This document shows positions 12,902 to 25,998 of a stretch of 64,000 bases of DNA, piece by piece (position 1 is the first letter of the stretch; each line of letters opens with the position of its first letter). This stretch comes from Octopus sinensis (lineage: Eukaryota): assembly GCF_006345805.1 (NCBI RefSeq), contig NC_043014.1:45570001-45634000 (forward strand), given 5' to 3'. The translations under genes and the position numbers were made by a program. The notes under the pieces are model-generated. The model did no database searches. It was not told the origin of the DNA and worked only from the letters and a program-made list of their open reading frames with translations.

Positions 12902-13639
12902 ATCATCATCGTCATTTAACGTCCACTTTCCATGTTAGCATGGGTTGGACGGTTTGACTGTGGGCTGGCGAACCAGATGGCTGCACCAGGCTCCAGTCTT
13001 GATCTGGCAGAATTTCTACAGCTGGATGCCCTTCCTAACGCCAACCACTCCGAGAGTGTAGAGGGAGCTTTTACGTGCCACCAGCACGGGGGCCAGTCAG
13101 GCGGTACTGGCAATGACCTCGCTCGAATTTTTTACACATACCACCGGGACAGGTGCCAGTAAGGCGATGCTGGTAACGATCGCGCTCGAATGGTGCTTCT
13201 TACATGTCACCGGCACGAAAGCCAGTTAGCCGCTCTGGTAACGATCATGTAGATGATAATGGTGATGGTAATGATGAGGGATGATAATCATGAAGCTAAT
13301 ACTGAGGATGATAAGGGTGGCTGATAATAATTGTGGTAAAGATGAGGAAGATATAGATGATAAGGATTTGTGAGGCAGATTGCCACAAAAGGAGTGTGTG
13401 TAAATAACCACCTGAATTGACCTACACAGTTCAGAAGTACAGACCATTTCAAGCCTTGTCATTAGACTTGTATACAGAAATCCTCTGTTTTAGATATTCC
13501 TTATTTTTACATCATCTGATCAAATAACTGTTGGGAAACACAAGCTCTATGATATATTCTTTCCCAGAACTTCCAATATCATTATTTCTTTTGCAAAGTA
13601 ATTAGATCTCATGCCTCATTTTATTTTTTACAAGCTTCT

Positions 13640-14010
13640 TTCCAATTTGTCAAAAACCATGAATATTGGCGCTGTGTTGTCTAATATTTATGGAGAAAGC
13701 ATTAATGAATGCCCGGCTTTTATCCAAATCATTCAATTGTTTCATTACCGAGATCAGTACAATATTGAAAAGGGTGAAGGATAAGTGAGAACCTTGTATT
13801 ATGTTCATATGTACCTCACACCTGGTACTAAAAGCTGTAGGTTATGCATAACTGAAAAGTGCCTTGTAACTTAATTTGCAAGCCATCTATAGGTTAAACA
13901 GGGTTTTTCACAAAATACTGCACCTCAACATATAACTCTTCAACGATTAAAAGGTTACACCACTATTTGATCAAATGGATCGATATTTAACTATTTACCA
14001 GAAATATTCA
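13640..14010 (-). pseudogene. Highly degraded non-LTR reverse transcriptase fragment
   Basis: Minus-strand QGSHLSFTLFNIVLISVMKQL (13734-13796) resembles the RT motif QGxxLSPxLFN; surrounded by stops and frameshifts. Confidence 0.45.
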
Positions 14011-15808
14011 TGCAACTTCTTATCTTTTACTTCAATTATAATGGACACAACCTCACTGTACTTCTTATTACTACTATAAACTCACTGAACCATGGAGCTC
14101 CAAAGCCAACTTCTTAACCACATAGCCATGCCTAGACAAGAAGTGTCATAGACACACTTTGCTTCAATTATTGCCCTAATTTTGATGCTGCATATTATCA
14201 AATCACAGATCATGTAAAAAAAGAAATCCATCTTTGTATAGTCATGTCACAAATACCAAAAAAAAAAAAAAAAAAAGAAGAAAAGAAAACCATCTCTCTC
14301 ATCATTCACAGGAAAAAGCAGAGGAGTTCTTTGATCAATTGCAGTTGACACCTACAAGAATGCATAGGAATGAGGAAGCAAAAGCAAATGCCAGTAGTGT
14401 CGCAGCATAAGCAAACATTAATTAGCAATGCTAATGAATAAAGTACAGGCTGAACGAAGCCAAGAAGATAAGCAAAAAGTAAAGCAAGCAGGAGATTAGA
14501 AAGAAAAAAAAAAATGCAACATAAAAAGAGAAAAAAAAACGACAATAAGACACAAAACAACTCTTGGACAATCAATTAGGTTTAGAAATTATGTCAAAAC
14601 ATTGAAACAAACAGAAAATTAGAAGAATATAAACTTTGGAAAGAGGAATTCTTTGTTTAACGATGTCCTAATTCAAACAATGAGTTAGTTTCCTTGGTAA
14701 CTTAATGCTAAGACTGTTCATGGAATGACATTTTGATTTTTTATCTTTTACTTGCTGCAGTCATTGGATTGCAGCCATGCTGGGGCAACATCAAGAAGGA
14801 TTTTAGTCGAAGAAATCAACCCCATTAACTATTTTAAGTCTGGCACTCATATTCTATCAGTCTGTTTTGCTGAACCACTAAGTTATGGGGACGTAAACAA
14901 ACTAACACCGGTAGTCAAGTGATGATGGCGGGATTAACACAAATGCAAACACACAGGCTTCAGCACAGTTTCAGACTACCCAGTTTACTCACAAAGCATT
15001 GGTTGGCCAGGGGCTATAGCGGAAGACACCCAAGATGCCATGCTTATGTTCATTTTAGTAGGGGTTACAGATGGCATGGGGTGGAGATAATGTTTACTGG
15101 TTAAGATAATATTTTGGAGTACTGATCCTTCTTTAGAACTAAAAAAGTGTTTTTTAAATATATTTGCACCTAAGGTAGCGAGTTGGCAGAATCATCCCTG
15201 CACCAGGAAAAATACTTAGCAGCATTTCCTCCAGCTTCATGTTCTGAGTTCGAATCTCACCAGGGTCAACTCTGCCTTTCATCTTTTCAGGATCAATAAA
15301 TTAAGTACCAGTGGAACACCGGGGTTGATGTAATTGACTTAACCAACTCCCACGAAATTGCTGGCTTTGTGCCAAAATTTGAAACCAAAATATTTACATC
15401 TACAAGGGAGTTGGATAGGCAGAATTGGTAAAGCATCAAACAAAAAAGAAAAAAAAAACCTTAGAGTTTATTCTGAGTTCAAATCCTACTGAGATTAATT
15501 CTGTTTTCACCCCTCCAAAGATCAATAAATAAACACAAATGACTTATTGGAATTAATAAAATCGAATCTTATTCCTAACCAAATTTGTGCCACCATCAAT
15601 GTTTGAAATTAACATAAAAATGTTCAAGCTTTAATGATGAAGTTTTGGATTGGATTGCTCATGTTCAGCCCACTGTAGGACAAAGGCCTCAGCAGGCTCT
15701 TTCCACCAGAGAATGGCTTGAGATCATACAGGTCTGATGAGCCTGCTCTGCTACATTGGCTTGACATGACTTGGCAGAGGGATGCAGTTTTTATACTCCT
15801 ACTCAGGA

Positions 15809-16165
15809 GTACTCTCTTTTACTTGTTTCAGTCATTTGACTGTGGCCATGCTGGAGCACCACCTTTAGTCGAGCAATTCGACCCAGGGACTTATTCTATC
15901 GGTCGCTTTTGCCGAACCGCTAAGTGACGGGGACATAAACACACCAGCATTGGTTGTCAAGCAATGCTAGGGGGACAAACACAAACACACACACATATAT
16001 ACGACAGGCTTCTTTCAGTTTCTGTCTACCAAATCCACTCACAAGGCATTGGTCGGCCCGGGGCTATAGCAGAAGACGCTTGCCCAAGATGCCACGCAGT
16101 GGGACTGAACCTGGAACCATGTGGTTGGTTAGCAAGCTACTTACCACACAGCCACTTCTGCCTAT
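15809..16165 (-). mobile_element. SINE family A
   Basis: Colinear with 381-797. Confidence 0.85.
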
Positions 16166-16330
16166 AGTTAAGTCGATTACATCAAACCTAGTATTCAACT
16201 GGTACTTATTTAATCGATCCTGAAAGGATGAAAGGCAAAGTCGACCTCAGCAGAATTTGAACTCAGAATGTAAAGACGGATGAAATACCGCAAAACATTT
16301 TGCCTGGTGTGTTAACGATTATTCTGCCAG
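16166..16330 (-). mobile_element. SINE family B, partial
   Basis: Colinear with 6162-6381. Confidence 0.75.
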
Positions 16331-16886
16331 ACGACCAAAACATGACACTAAGTAGTATATAAATTTATAATCCCGTTAATAATAAATCACCTCAGCTTTT
16401 GAATTAGTACCACATAAATCTACGTTTCTCAGGTATTTTTTTTTTTTTTTGAAATTTCCATTGACTCAAAACACTGGTTACTCTGCTTCTATGGTCCATA
16501 AGTGACTAAGATCACAACATTACCTCCTGAATGGAATGCCAGTTTATTGCAAAGTTCAAAGCCAGTAATTCTGAGCAGAGGGGACAAGTCAATTATATTG
16601 GCCCCCAAAAGGATGAAAGGCAAAGTTGACTTGGTGGAAATTGAACACAGAATGTAAAGAGTCAGAACAAATGCTGCTAAGCATTTTGTCTGACATATCC
16701 CCTGACCGGCTCCTGTGCCAATGGCACATAGAAGGCACTCACTATTCTCTTGGAGTAGTTGGTATTAGGAAGGGCATTCAGCTGTAGAAACATTGCCAGA
16801 TCAGATTGGAGCCTGGTGCAGCTGCTGGCTCTCCAGACCTCGTAAAACTGTCCAACCAATGCCAGCATGGAAAACGGACGTTAAAC

Positions 16887-16917
<31 letters not shown>

Positions 16918-17562
16918 CTAGTGACGCTGCCAGCTTACTGCCTTCTAGGTGTTAAAGGTTCTATAATTTTCAAGACAATTTACTTATGACAAACTGTTAT
17001 GTGTGTGTTTGTTTGTTTTTGTCTCCTATTTGCTAAACACAAAACAAAATTTAAGCATGCCTTTGTGGGTCTTTATGGTTCATGAAAGAGACAAAAATGA
17101 AATAAGGTAACCACAGAGAGAACAAGCAGATCAAAATATCAATTTGGTTAAAAAAAAAACCCAACAAAAAACCAAGAGAAAAGGAAATTGGCATTTGAGA
17201 AATGAGTAGAAATTTGTAACAATATGTAAAGAAGCCAAGCAAATACATAACTGAATATAGCATTTTAATTTAAATGTAATAAGGGACTAAAAACTGAACC
17301 CTTATTTAATTAGGAACCAAGGTTAAAGAGAAAGAACACTATAGAACGTTAAGTAAAAAGTTAGTAAAGAAAAGGAGATAGAGGGATATATATATATAGA
17401 TAGATAGACAGACAGACTGATAGAGCAAGTGATAAATGTTTCCCAATTCCATGCTAATAGAGTTACATTGCATTCTGACTTACATTTGACTTTGTCATTC
17501 TATGAACATCCTTAGCAGTAGAGTACGACCCTGAGTACAATCCTGCATACTGTTGAACTTAC

Positions 17563-17585
17563 TTGAAACCTTAGTAGAGTAATTC
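17563..17585 (-). CDS. Candidate 23-nt micro-exon (phase 2 to 1): (K)NYSTKVS
   Basis: Minus strand: cattttaattag|GAATTACTCTACTAAGGTTTCAA|gtaagt; exactly restores the frame shifted by the 25-nt exon; acceptor tract is weak. Confidence 0.5.
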
Positions 17586-18096
17586 CTAATTAAAATGACC
17601 AATCATACTCGTTATCTTGGAACCGGCCACTGTCGAACTTCAATAACCTGCAGTTTTTATGCATTACAATTTGATGGGCAATTTCATTTTTCACAAAATA
17701 TGAACAATAATAATAATAATAATCATCATCATCATTGTTTAACGTCCGCTTTCCATGCTAGCATGGGTTGGACGGTTCGACCGGGATCTGGGAAGCCAGA
17801 AGGTTGCACCAGGCTCCAGTCTGATCTGGCAGTGTTTCTACAGCTGGATGCCCTTCCTAACACCAATAATAATAATAATGGTTTCAAAGCTTAGTACAAG
17901 GCCAGCAACTTTGTGGGGGGTGGGGTAAGTTGTCTACATCAATCCTGGTGTTTGACTGGTACTTATTTTATTGACCCCAAAAGGATGAAAGGCAAAGTCA
18001 ACCTCGGCGGAATTTGAATTTAGAATGTAAAGCTGCACAAAATGCCGCTCTAAATATTTTGCCTGGCGAGCTAACGATTTTGCCAGCTCACCATCT

Positions 18097-18124
<28 letters not shown>

Positions 18125-18130
<6 letters not shown>

Positions 18131-18797
18131 TGATTTCAAATTTTGGCACAAGGCCAGCAGGTTTAGGGAAGAAGCTAATTCGATTATAATTGACATCAGT
18201 GCTCAACTAGTTCTTATTTTATCGATCCTGAAAGGATGAAAGGTAAAGTTGACCTCAGTGGAGTTTGAACTCAGAATGTAAAGTTAAGTTAAGTTAATTT
18301 TTTGGCTCAAAAAGCAAAAAGCAAGGTCATGTAAGGAGACATGGAGTTATGTACAAGGAGGGTGTTCATGCAAAGAGTTCAGGCCACTTGTGGTCAAGGG
18401 AGACTTTGAACCGAGCAGTCGTCGGCACCTTTCACTATCTCGTCCGGCAGCTTATTCCACGGATCCGCAACCTGGACGGAGAAAGCCCCTTTCCTTCGAT
18501 TGAGATGACATCATCGCAGATAGAGCTTTTCGGAGTGACCCCGTAGCCGACGCTCTGGAGCAGGAGTGAAGAACAGCTCTTTCGAGAGGTTACACTTTCC
18601 GCTTATGATGTTGTGAGCAAGAATGAGATCACCACGGCGGCGGCGTTTTTCTAGAGAATAAAGGTCGAGCGTCCTCAGCCTTTCTTCATAGGACAAATTC
18701 TTGAGACCAAGAACCATGCGGGTAGCCAGCTTCTGGACGGACGAGATGCTGCTAAGCATCTGACCCAACATGCTAACGATTTTGCCAGCTCACCATC
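18125..18797 (-). mobile_element. SINE family B variant split by a CR1 fragment
   Basis: gaactcagaatgtaaag (to 18283) resumes as acggacgagatgc (18737). Confidence 0.75.
18281..18738 (-). mobile_element. CR1-clade LINE 3' fragment (ORF2 C-terminus, 3' UTR, (TTAAC)n tail)
   Basis: VQKLATRMVLGLKNLSYEERLRTLDLYSLEKRRRRGDLI...RGH..L...FSV.V...WNKLP are CR1 hallmarks; one TGA and one +1 frameshift. Confidence 0.92.
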
Positions 18798-19308
18798 TTA
18801 ATAATAATGATTTCTTTCGGACAATGGCTGGAATGCTTTTGATCATAGATCTGTTCAATTAGGTTGAACTTGGGGTTAAATAACAACAACAACAACAGTA
18901 TTCTGGATTGTACTCAGAGAGAACGCAGGTTAGAGGTCAAGAGGTCATGCTGTTAATACTTACTCTCAGGAGAAAGGTTATAATAGGATACAGGTGGCAA
19001 ACCATTTTCATGCACATTCATTTTGCCGTCAACAGTGTTCATACCTGGATTTTCATACACCTGCTGGCTGGGCATTCCATTCCCGACTCTTCCGTTAGGT
19101 ATATGGGGATAGCTGTTACAAAGAGAGTAAAAAGAAAAAAATGATTATAGAAACAAATAAATGAATAAAGTTTAAGAAGAAATATTAAATGAATAGAATA
19201 CCATCTTGTATGGAAAAAACACAGGTCTGCAAAATTTATTTTTTATGCAGTCAACAAGGTAAGAATGGATATTTTTTTGGAGTATTTCCATTTTTCTATG
19301 CTGACAAA

Positions 19309-19690
19309 TGGCTGTGTGGTAAGTAGCTTGTTTACCAACCACATGGTTCCGGGTTCAGTCCCACTGCGTGGCACCCTGGGCAAGTGTCTTCTACTATAGT
19401 CTCGGGCCGACCAAAGCCTTGTGAGTGGATTTGGTAGACGGAAACTGAAAGAAGCCCGTCGTATATGTGTATATATATATATGCGTGTGTGTGTGCTTGA
19501 CCCCCTAGCATTGATTGACAACCGATGCTGGTGTGTTTACATCCCCGTAACTTAGCGGTTCGGCAAAAGAGACCGATAGAATAAGTACTAGGCTTGCCAA
19601 GAATAAGTCCCGGGGTCGAGTTGCTCGACTAAAGGCGGTGCTCCAGCATGGCCGCAGTCAAATGACTAAAACAAGTGAAAGATTAAAGAG
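19309..19690 (+). mobile_element. SINE family A
   Basis: Colinear with other copies. Confidence 0.85.
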
Positions 19691-20097
19691 TTATGCATAT
19701 ATTTAAAAGCACCAACTGATCGTGGCCGTTGCCAGCCGCCCCTGGCACGTAAAAAGCACCCACTACACTCACGGAGTGGTTGGCGTTAGGAAGGGCATCC
19801 AGCTGTAGAAACACTGCCAGATCAGACTGCAGCCTCCTGGCTTCCCAGACCCCAGTCGAACCATCCAACCCATGCTAGCATGGAAAACGGACATTAAACG
19901 ATGATGATGATGATTTACTTCATCACCAATTTAGAGAGTATGGTTCAGGATTATGCTTTACTGAAGAGGCCTTAATAAGACTGAAATATGTTCAAAGTTG
20001 CCTGTCATATTTGCTAAAACTAATATGCTTACACTAACTTCACTAAACACGTGTGTCGGGCTGTCTCGGTACTGTGATTTTATTATTGTAGTTTTGT

Positions 20098-20355
20098 TTA
20101 ACCGTTTAGTGTTAAAATTTACTCTGTTGAATGTAATGCTTGTTAATTTACTTTGCTTTGAATTAATCATGAATTATCTCATAGTTTTGAGATTCCAATG
20201 ATATGATTGCCTATTGTAGGGTAGGTGTGAGAGGCTGGACCTGGCCAATTTCACAAAAAATAGAGTATGGGGGTCTGGAAATGGCCAGTCTGAACGAAAA
20301 GCAGATAGAACCCCCTCTTCTCCAGTTATGCCCAGTTTGGATGCCAAAGGGTTAA
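20098..20355. mobile_element. piggyBac-like MITE
   Basis: TTAA-ccgtttag ... ccaaaggg-TTAA termini. Confidence 0.65.
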
Positions 20356-21368
20356 ATAGAGTAGGGGACAGAAATTTGAATACACAGCGTGATCATTACC
20401 AATGTCGCTTCACTAGCACCTGTGCCGGTGGCACGTGTAAAAAGATTCGAGCGAGGTCATTGCCAGTACTGCCTGACTGCCCCCCCCCCGTGCCAGTGGC
20501 ACGTAAAAAGCACCCACTGCACTCTCGGAGTGGTTGGCATTAGGAAGGGCATCCAGCTGTAGAAACTCTGCCAGATCAAGATTGAAACCTGGTGCAGCCA
20601 TCTGGTTCACCAGCCCTCAGTGAAAATCGTCCAACCCATGCTAGCATGGAAAGCGGACGTTAAATGATGATGAGGAGGAGGAAGAGGAAGAAAGAAAGTG
20701 AGAGGAGGGCAATTAGAAACAATGGGAAGAAAAAGAAATCAGAGAGACAAAGTATTATTTTTTTTCACCCCAGTTCCATGCTGTATTGTAGTACTGGTGA
20801 TAGTAGTACCCCCCCACACACACCTTCACAATTGTGCTGACATTGTATTGTAGCAGAACTATTAGTACTGTGTGTAAGAGTGTGTTTGTGTTCATTATCA
20901 TGTTTCATTATCAACTGGGGAAATGACAGCAAGGTCATATAACAGTTTTTTTTTTACCCCTGGCTATTATCAGAACAGTAAAAAAAATCTGCACCAGATT
21001 AAAACTGGATAAGCCAAGGAAATATGAGTGGAAACATATAAGAAGAGTATTGGATGGAAGGATGGAGATATGATGTTTACCAAGTGACACAGAAATAATT
21101 AGAGCCACACACAAACACATCAAGTAGAAAAAAGTATTAAGTATTAGGAGCAGGCTGAATAAACTTGTGTGTGAAAGATATGTTATGTATGTGTATTTAT
21201 GTAAGTGTTTGGCTGAGAAGAGATAAAGAGGAAGACTGAAATAGCGAGATAAAGTGTGGAATACATGTGCCCTGTACACATGCTTGCAAATGTGTGTGCA
21301 TGTTTGCGTGTGTATAGAGAGAGATATAGAGTATAAGATATATGGACGTTGACTCTATAAGGAGTATG

Positions 21369-21414
<46 letters not shown>

Positions 21415-21424
21415 TGTGTGTGTA

Positions 21425-21610
21425 TGATAGATTGTTAGCCACTACACACATTTTTTTCTCTCCTTGTTTTTTTCTGTGTCCCTTTCTGTAGAAGAGCGTA
21501 GGCTCGAAACGTAAAAGACTTTTTCTATTCCTGAGCGTTATACTAATACATCTGTTTGTTTCGTACACCACCTGTCTTTGTCTTTTGTTTTTTTCATAAA
21601 CTCTCTCTCT
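21425..21610 (+). mobile_element. Microsatellite-flanked Penelope-like pLTR fragment with hammerhead-like motif
   Basis: Between (TA)n tracts; contains ctgtagaagagcgtaggctcgaaacgtaaaag. Confidence 0.55.
21478..21519 (+). ncRNA. Minimal type I hammerhead-like motif (variant core)
   Basis: Stem I cttt/aaag, core CUGUAGA-A, stem II GAGC-GUAG-GCUC, GAA, palindromic AC/GU, GUA site. Confidence 0.45.
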
Positions 21611-22700
21611 ATATATACATACATATATATATATTCTTTTACTTGTTTCAGTCATTAGACTGTGGCCATGCTATGGCTCTGCCTTCAAGAATTTTTGTTG
21701 GCCAAATCGACTCCAGTAAAGCCTCGTACTTATTCTATCAGTCTGTTTAATTGCACTGCTAAGTTACAGGAATGTAAACACACAAACAGCAGTTATACAC
21801 ACACAGAGAGAGAATGTACATGAGTGTATATTTCTGTATGTATGACAAGCGAGTGTGACAAAGATAGATGAAGACAAGAAGAAAGTATGAAATATCTGTG
21901 TATAAGAAGCAACTGATCGATCAATAGATAGATGGATAAATAGAATAGAAGATAGATAGAAGTATAAGATAATCTTTGAAGATATTTAAGCTAAGGTTTG
22001 ACTCATCAGCTGCTTTGCGGCATTTAGTTATGTCCTTTTAGTTCTGAGTTCAAATCTTACCAAAGCCAATTTTTACCAGTTATAATCTTTGGGTCATTCA
22101 AAATAAAGCATTTTGTGAAAATCACTAAGATTAATGAATCGATTATACCCCCCTCATAACCAAATTTGTAGCCTTGTATCTTTGGTAGAAAGTGTTACTG
22201 TAAATCATGATAGCAGTCTATAGGACCTTCCCAAACAGGTTTCACATTCTAGCATAACTGTGAAAGGGGTTTAGAGATCATAAAATCGATCAGAACAATC
22301 TGACAGTTTGAAGTTAATGCTGCTAGTCTTGATTGGAGCTTTGTTGCATGCATGAAATGAGTTCTCTCATTAATTAGCCTCCAGCTGCCAGATTAAGCTT
22401 ATAAGTAACAGATTAAGCTACTCTCTTTCAAGCTACTCTTTCTTTTTCTTTTTCTTTTTAAAGTTTATTTGAGTTTCTTGCTGTTTTGAAATTAATTCTC
22501 AGCCGTTAAGAACCTTACTCCAATATCATGCTGAATTCAGAACTATGTCAGGAGTGACCTACAAGTATTCATTTTGTTTTATGTCCATTTTTTCCAAGCT
22601 AGCATGGGTTAGAGGAATATATTCATCTTTATGCCAAGTTAAAGTATTGACGTTGGCAACAAACTGCCTGTTTGTCAAGCTGTAGTGAGGAATATTCAGT

Positions 22701-23086
22701 CTTAGCACTCCGTCGGTTATGACGATGAGGGTTCCGGTTGATCCGAATCAACGGAACAGCCTGCTTGTGAAATTAACGTGTAAGTGGCTGAGCACTCCAC
22801 AGAAACGTGTACCCTGAACGTAGTTCTCGGGGATATTCAGCGTGACACAGAGAGTGACAAGGCCGGCCCTTTGAAATACAGGTACAACAGAAACAGGAAG
22901 TAAGAGTGAGAGAAAGTTGTGGTGAAAGAGTACAGCAGGGATCGCCGCCATCCCCTGCCGGAGCCTCGTGGAGCTTTTAGGTGTTTTCACTCAATAAACA
23001 CTCACAACGCCCGGTCTGGGAATCGAAACCGCGATCCTACGACCGTGAGTCCGCTGCCCTAACCACTGGGCCATTGCGCCTCCACT
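22701..23086 (-). mobile_element. SINE family D, full length with 10-bp TSD
   Basis: Head ggcgcaatggcccagtggttagggc...gtttcgattccc; TSD aatattcagt at 22691-22700 and 23087-23096. Confidence 0.9.
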
Positions 23087-23155
23087 AATATTCAGTATAT
23101 AAAACAACAAAATAATGGAATAACTAAAAAAGATCAGTAAAACAAATATACTTAC

Positions 23156-23180
23156 TTGACTTCATTGCCGTATTGTTTCT
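23156..23180 (-). CDS. Candidate 25-nt micro-exon (phase 1 to 2): (K)KQYGNEV(K)
   Basis: Minus strand: gtttgtcttcttcttttgcag|AGAAACAATACGGCAATGAAGTCAA|gtaagt; strong acceptor and consensus donor; open in phase 1 after the TM exon. Confidence 0.65.
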
Positions 23181-23805
23181 CTGCAAAAGAAGAAGACAAA
23201 CAAAATGAACTTTGAGAAAATATTCCAGAAAATTAACAATCAGAAGATATTATTAGTGGCACATAATTATAGGAGAGAACTTCCTAATTTTTATTTTAGT
23301 TTTTCATAAAAATCAAACAAAAGGAAAGAAAAAAGCATACAATAACATTTGGATGAATTTCTATCTTTACTGTTTATTTTTCATTATGGCTAAATTTTAT
23401 TACATTGATTTTGTATTTGGCTTTCAAGATTTCTGATGTAAACAGATGTATTGGAATAGATCTTGTTGTCTCTCAGGAGGGTCATAATACCAATAATAAA
23501 ACAGATACACACACTGGTTCAATTTTACTTCTTTATTTTTTTTTATTTAACACCAATAATAAACAGATACACACACTAGTTCAATTTTACTTCTTTTATT
23601 TTTTTGATTTAACAATTTAACACCAGCTAACTAACTGATTGATTGCTTGCTTAAATCATTTGGTATATCAATCAATCATTTGTGTAATAGTCCTTTCATC
23701 ACCATTTGCAACTTCTTCAATGACATACCCTCTCTACTCCAGGTCAGCTTCAAATTTGCCCATCTTCTAGTTGACTCGTGTGTACACACGCATACACACA
23801 CTATA

Positions 23806-24197
23806 CTTTTTTACTTGTTTCAGTCATTTGACTGTGGCCATGCTGGAGCACCACCTTTAGTCGAGCAAATCTACCCAACAACTTATTCTTTGGAAGCCTA
23901 GCACTTATTCTATCGGTCTCTTTTGCCGGACCGCTAAGTTACGGGGACGTAAACACACCACCATCAGTTGTCAAGCGATGTTGGTGGGACAAACACAGAC
24001 GCACAAACATACACACACATATATATATATATATTCGATGGGCTTCTTTCAGTTTCCGTCAACCAAATCCACTCACAAGGCTTTCGTCAGCCTGAGGCTA
24101 TAGTAGAAGACACTTGCCCAAGGTGCCACGCAGTGGGACTGAACCCGGAACCATGTAGTTCGTAAGCAAGCTACTTACCACACAACCACCCCTGCGC
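23806..24197 (-). mobile_element. SINE family A
   Basis: Colinear with other copies. Confidence 0.85.
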
Positions 24198-24633
24198 CAC
24201 ATTATGACCAACTATATGTAATGGGTTGGTCATAAAATTTGTTTTCATGGTTTTAAGCTTCCGGAGTGATTACTTAATGCAAAAATTAGCCCTCAGTAAG
24301 TATACCTTGAATAAACCATAAAAAAAGACTTCATGATACCTCAAAAATCAACCTGAAATACTTCAACATTTGCACTGCTCATTGGAAATATACTGAACAA
24401 GAAGCATGAATGATGGTCTAAGAACAGTCTGCATTTTGAGAAAATCTGAATTGTCCATCAAATAGGGGAAAGTAGTGCCCGAAGAGTGCAGGTTATTGAA
24501 GTTCTCCATGGTGGTGAATCATCCAGAGATAAGCTTGCTTGTGCTGTCTGTGGTTGTATTACAGTTACAAAAACCAGACTTATACTCTGTGAAAGGCTAC
24601 ATATTGAGGGACCAATATGAAATACTTATACAC

Positions 24634-25028
24634 ATAGGCGCAGGAGTGGCTGTGTGGTAAGTAGCTTGCTTACCAACCACATGGTTCTGGGTTCAGTCCC
24701 ACTGCGCGGCACCTTGGGCAAGTGTCTTCTACCATAGCCTCGGGCCGACCAAAGACTTGTGAGTGGATTTGGTAGATAGAAACTGAAAGAAGCCCGTTGT
24801 ATATATGTATATATATATATGTTTGTGTGTCTGTGTTTGTCCCCCCAACATCGCTTGACAACCGATGCTGGTGAGTTTATGTCCCCGTTACTTAGCGGTT
24901 CGGCAAAAGAGACCGATAGAGTCAGTATTAGGCTTACAAAGAATACGTCCTGGGGGGTCGATTTCCTCGATTAAAGGCGGTGCTCCAGCATGGCCGCAGT
25001 CAAATGACTGAAACAAGTAAAAGAGTAA
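24634..25028 (+). mobile_element. SINE family A
   Basis: Full length, colinear. Confidence 0.9.
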
Positions 25029-25611
25029 TATATATACTTATACACATACAGTTCCAAAGAGACTAGCAAAGTAAACTGCTGTTCTTTATGAACAAAAGTA
25101 TGCTTGTTCACTGCTGGGTTGAAAAATCCATTATGGACGCACGTACAAGTGCAGAGTTGCTGCTCTTATGACGGGAATGATTTTTTGACAAAATTGCGTG
25201 GTGCTATGTTTATGATAGACAAATGCCACACAATGCGATTAAACCTGAATTCATACAGTTGTGAACTGATTTTCCTTAACCATAGGCCACACACACACAA
25301 ACATATATTCATACTTAAACAAAACAAACAGATTCTAAATTACATGAAAGATTTTTACAGTAATATGTTAAATCTCAGGAGAGAAGACTAGAAACTTTAG
25401 TAATTTGTAACATTAAGAACTTAGATGAAATAAGGTTTATACATGTGATGAGGACGGCACGTGCACATGTGGGTGTGTGTGCGTACATATATAGAGTAGG
25501 GTCAAATTCTTGATCTTTTACGTCTAATACTGTGTTACATGGCTATGGCACTGTGACACAACATTGCAACATAGAGATGCAGCACAATGATGCATTGCTG
25601 TAACATGGTAC

Positions 25612-25998
25612 TCTTATTTGTTTCAGCCATTTGACTGTGGCCATGCTGGAGCCCCACCTTTAATCGAGCAACTCAACCCCAGGACTTATTCTTTTGTAAG
25701 CCCAGTACTTATTCTATCGGTCTCTTTTGCCGAACCGCTAAGTAACGGGGACATAAACACACCAGCATCGGTTGTCAAGCAATGCTAAGGGGACAAATAT
25801 AGACACACAAACACACACACATATATATATATATATATACGACGGGCTTCTTTCAGTTTCCATCTACCAAATCCACTCACAAGGCTTTGGTCGGCCCAGG
25901 GCTATAGCAGAAGACACTTGCCCAAGATGCCACGCAGTGGGACTGAACCCAGAACCATGTGGTTGGTTAGCAAGCTACTTACCACACAGCCACTCCTG
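25612..25998 (-). mobile_element. SINE family A
   Basis: Colinear with other copies. Confidence 0.85.

Noticed and set aside
15735-15760. CTGATGAG hammerhead-like start
   Set aside because: No GAAA or stem III follows
24202-24235. 11-bp inverted repeat ttatgaccaac/gttggtcataa
   Set aside because: Isolated short hairpin next to a SINE head, likely a collapsed transposon end; no further support
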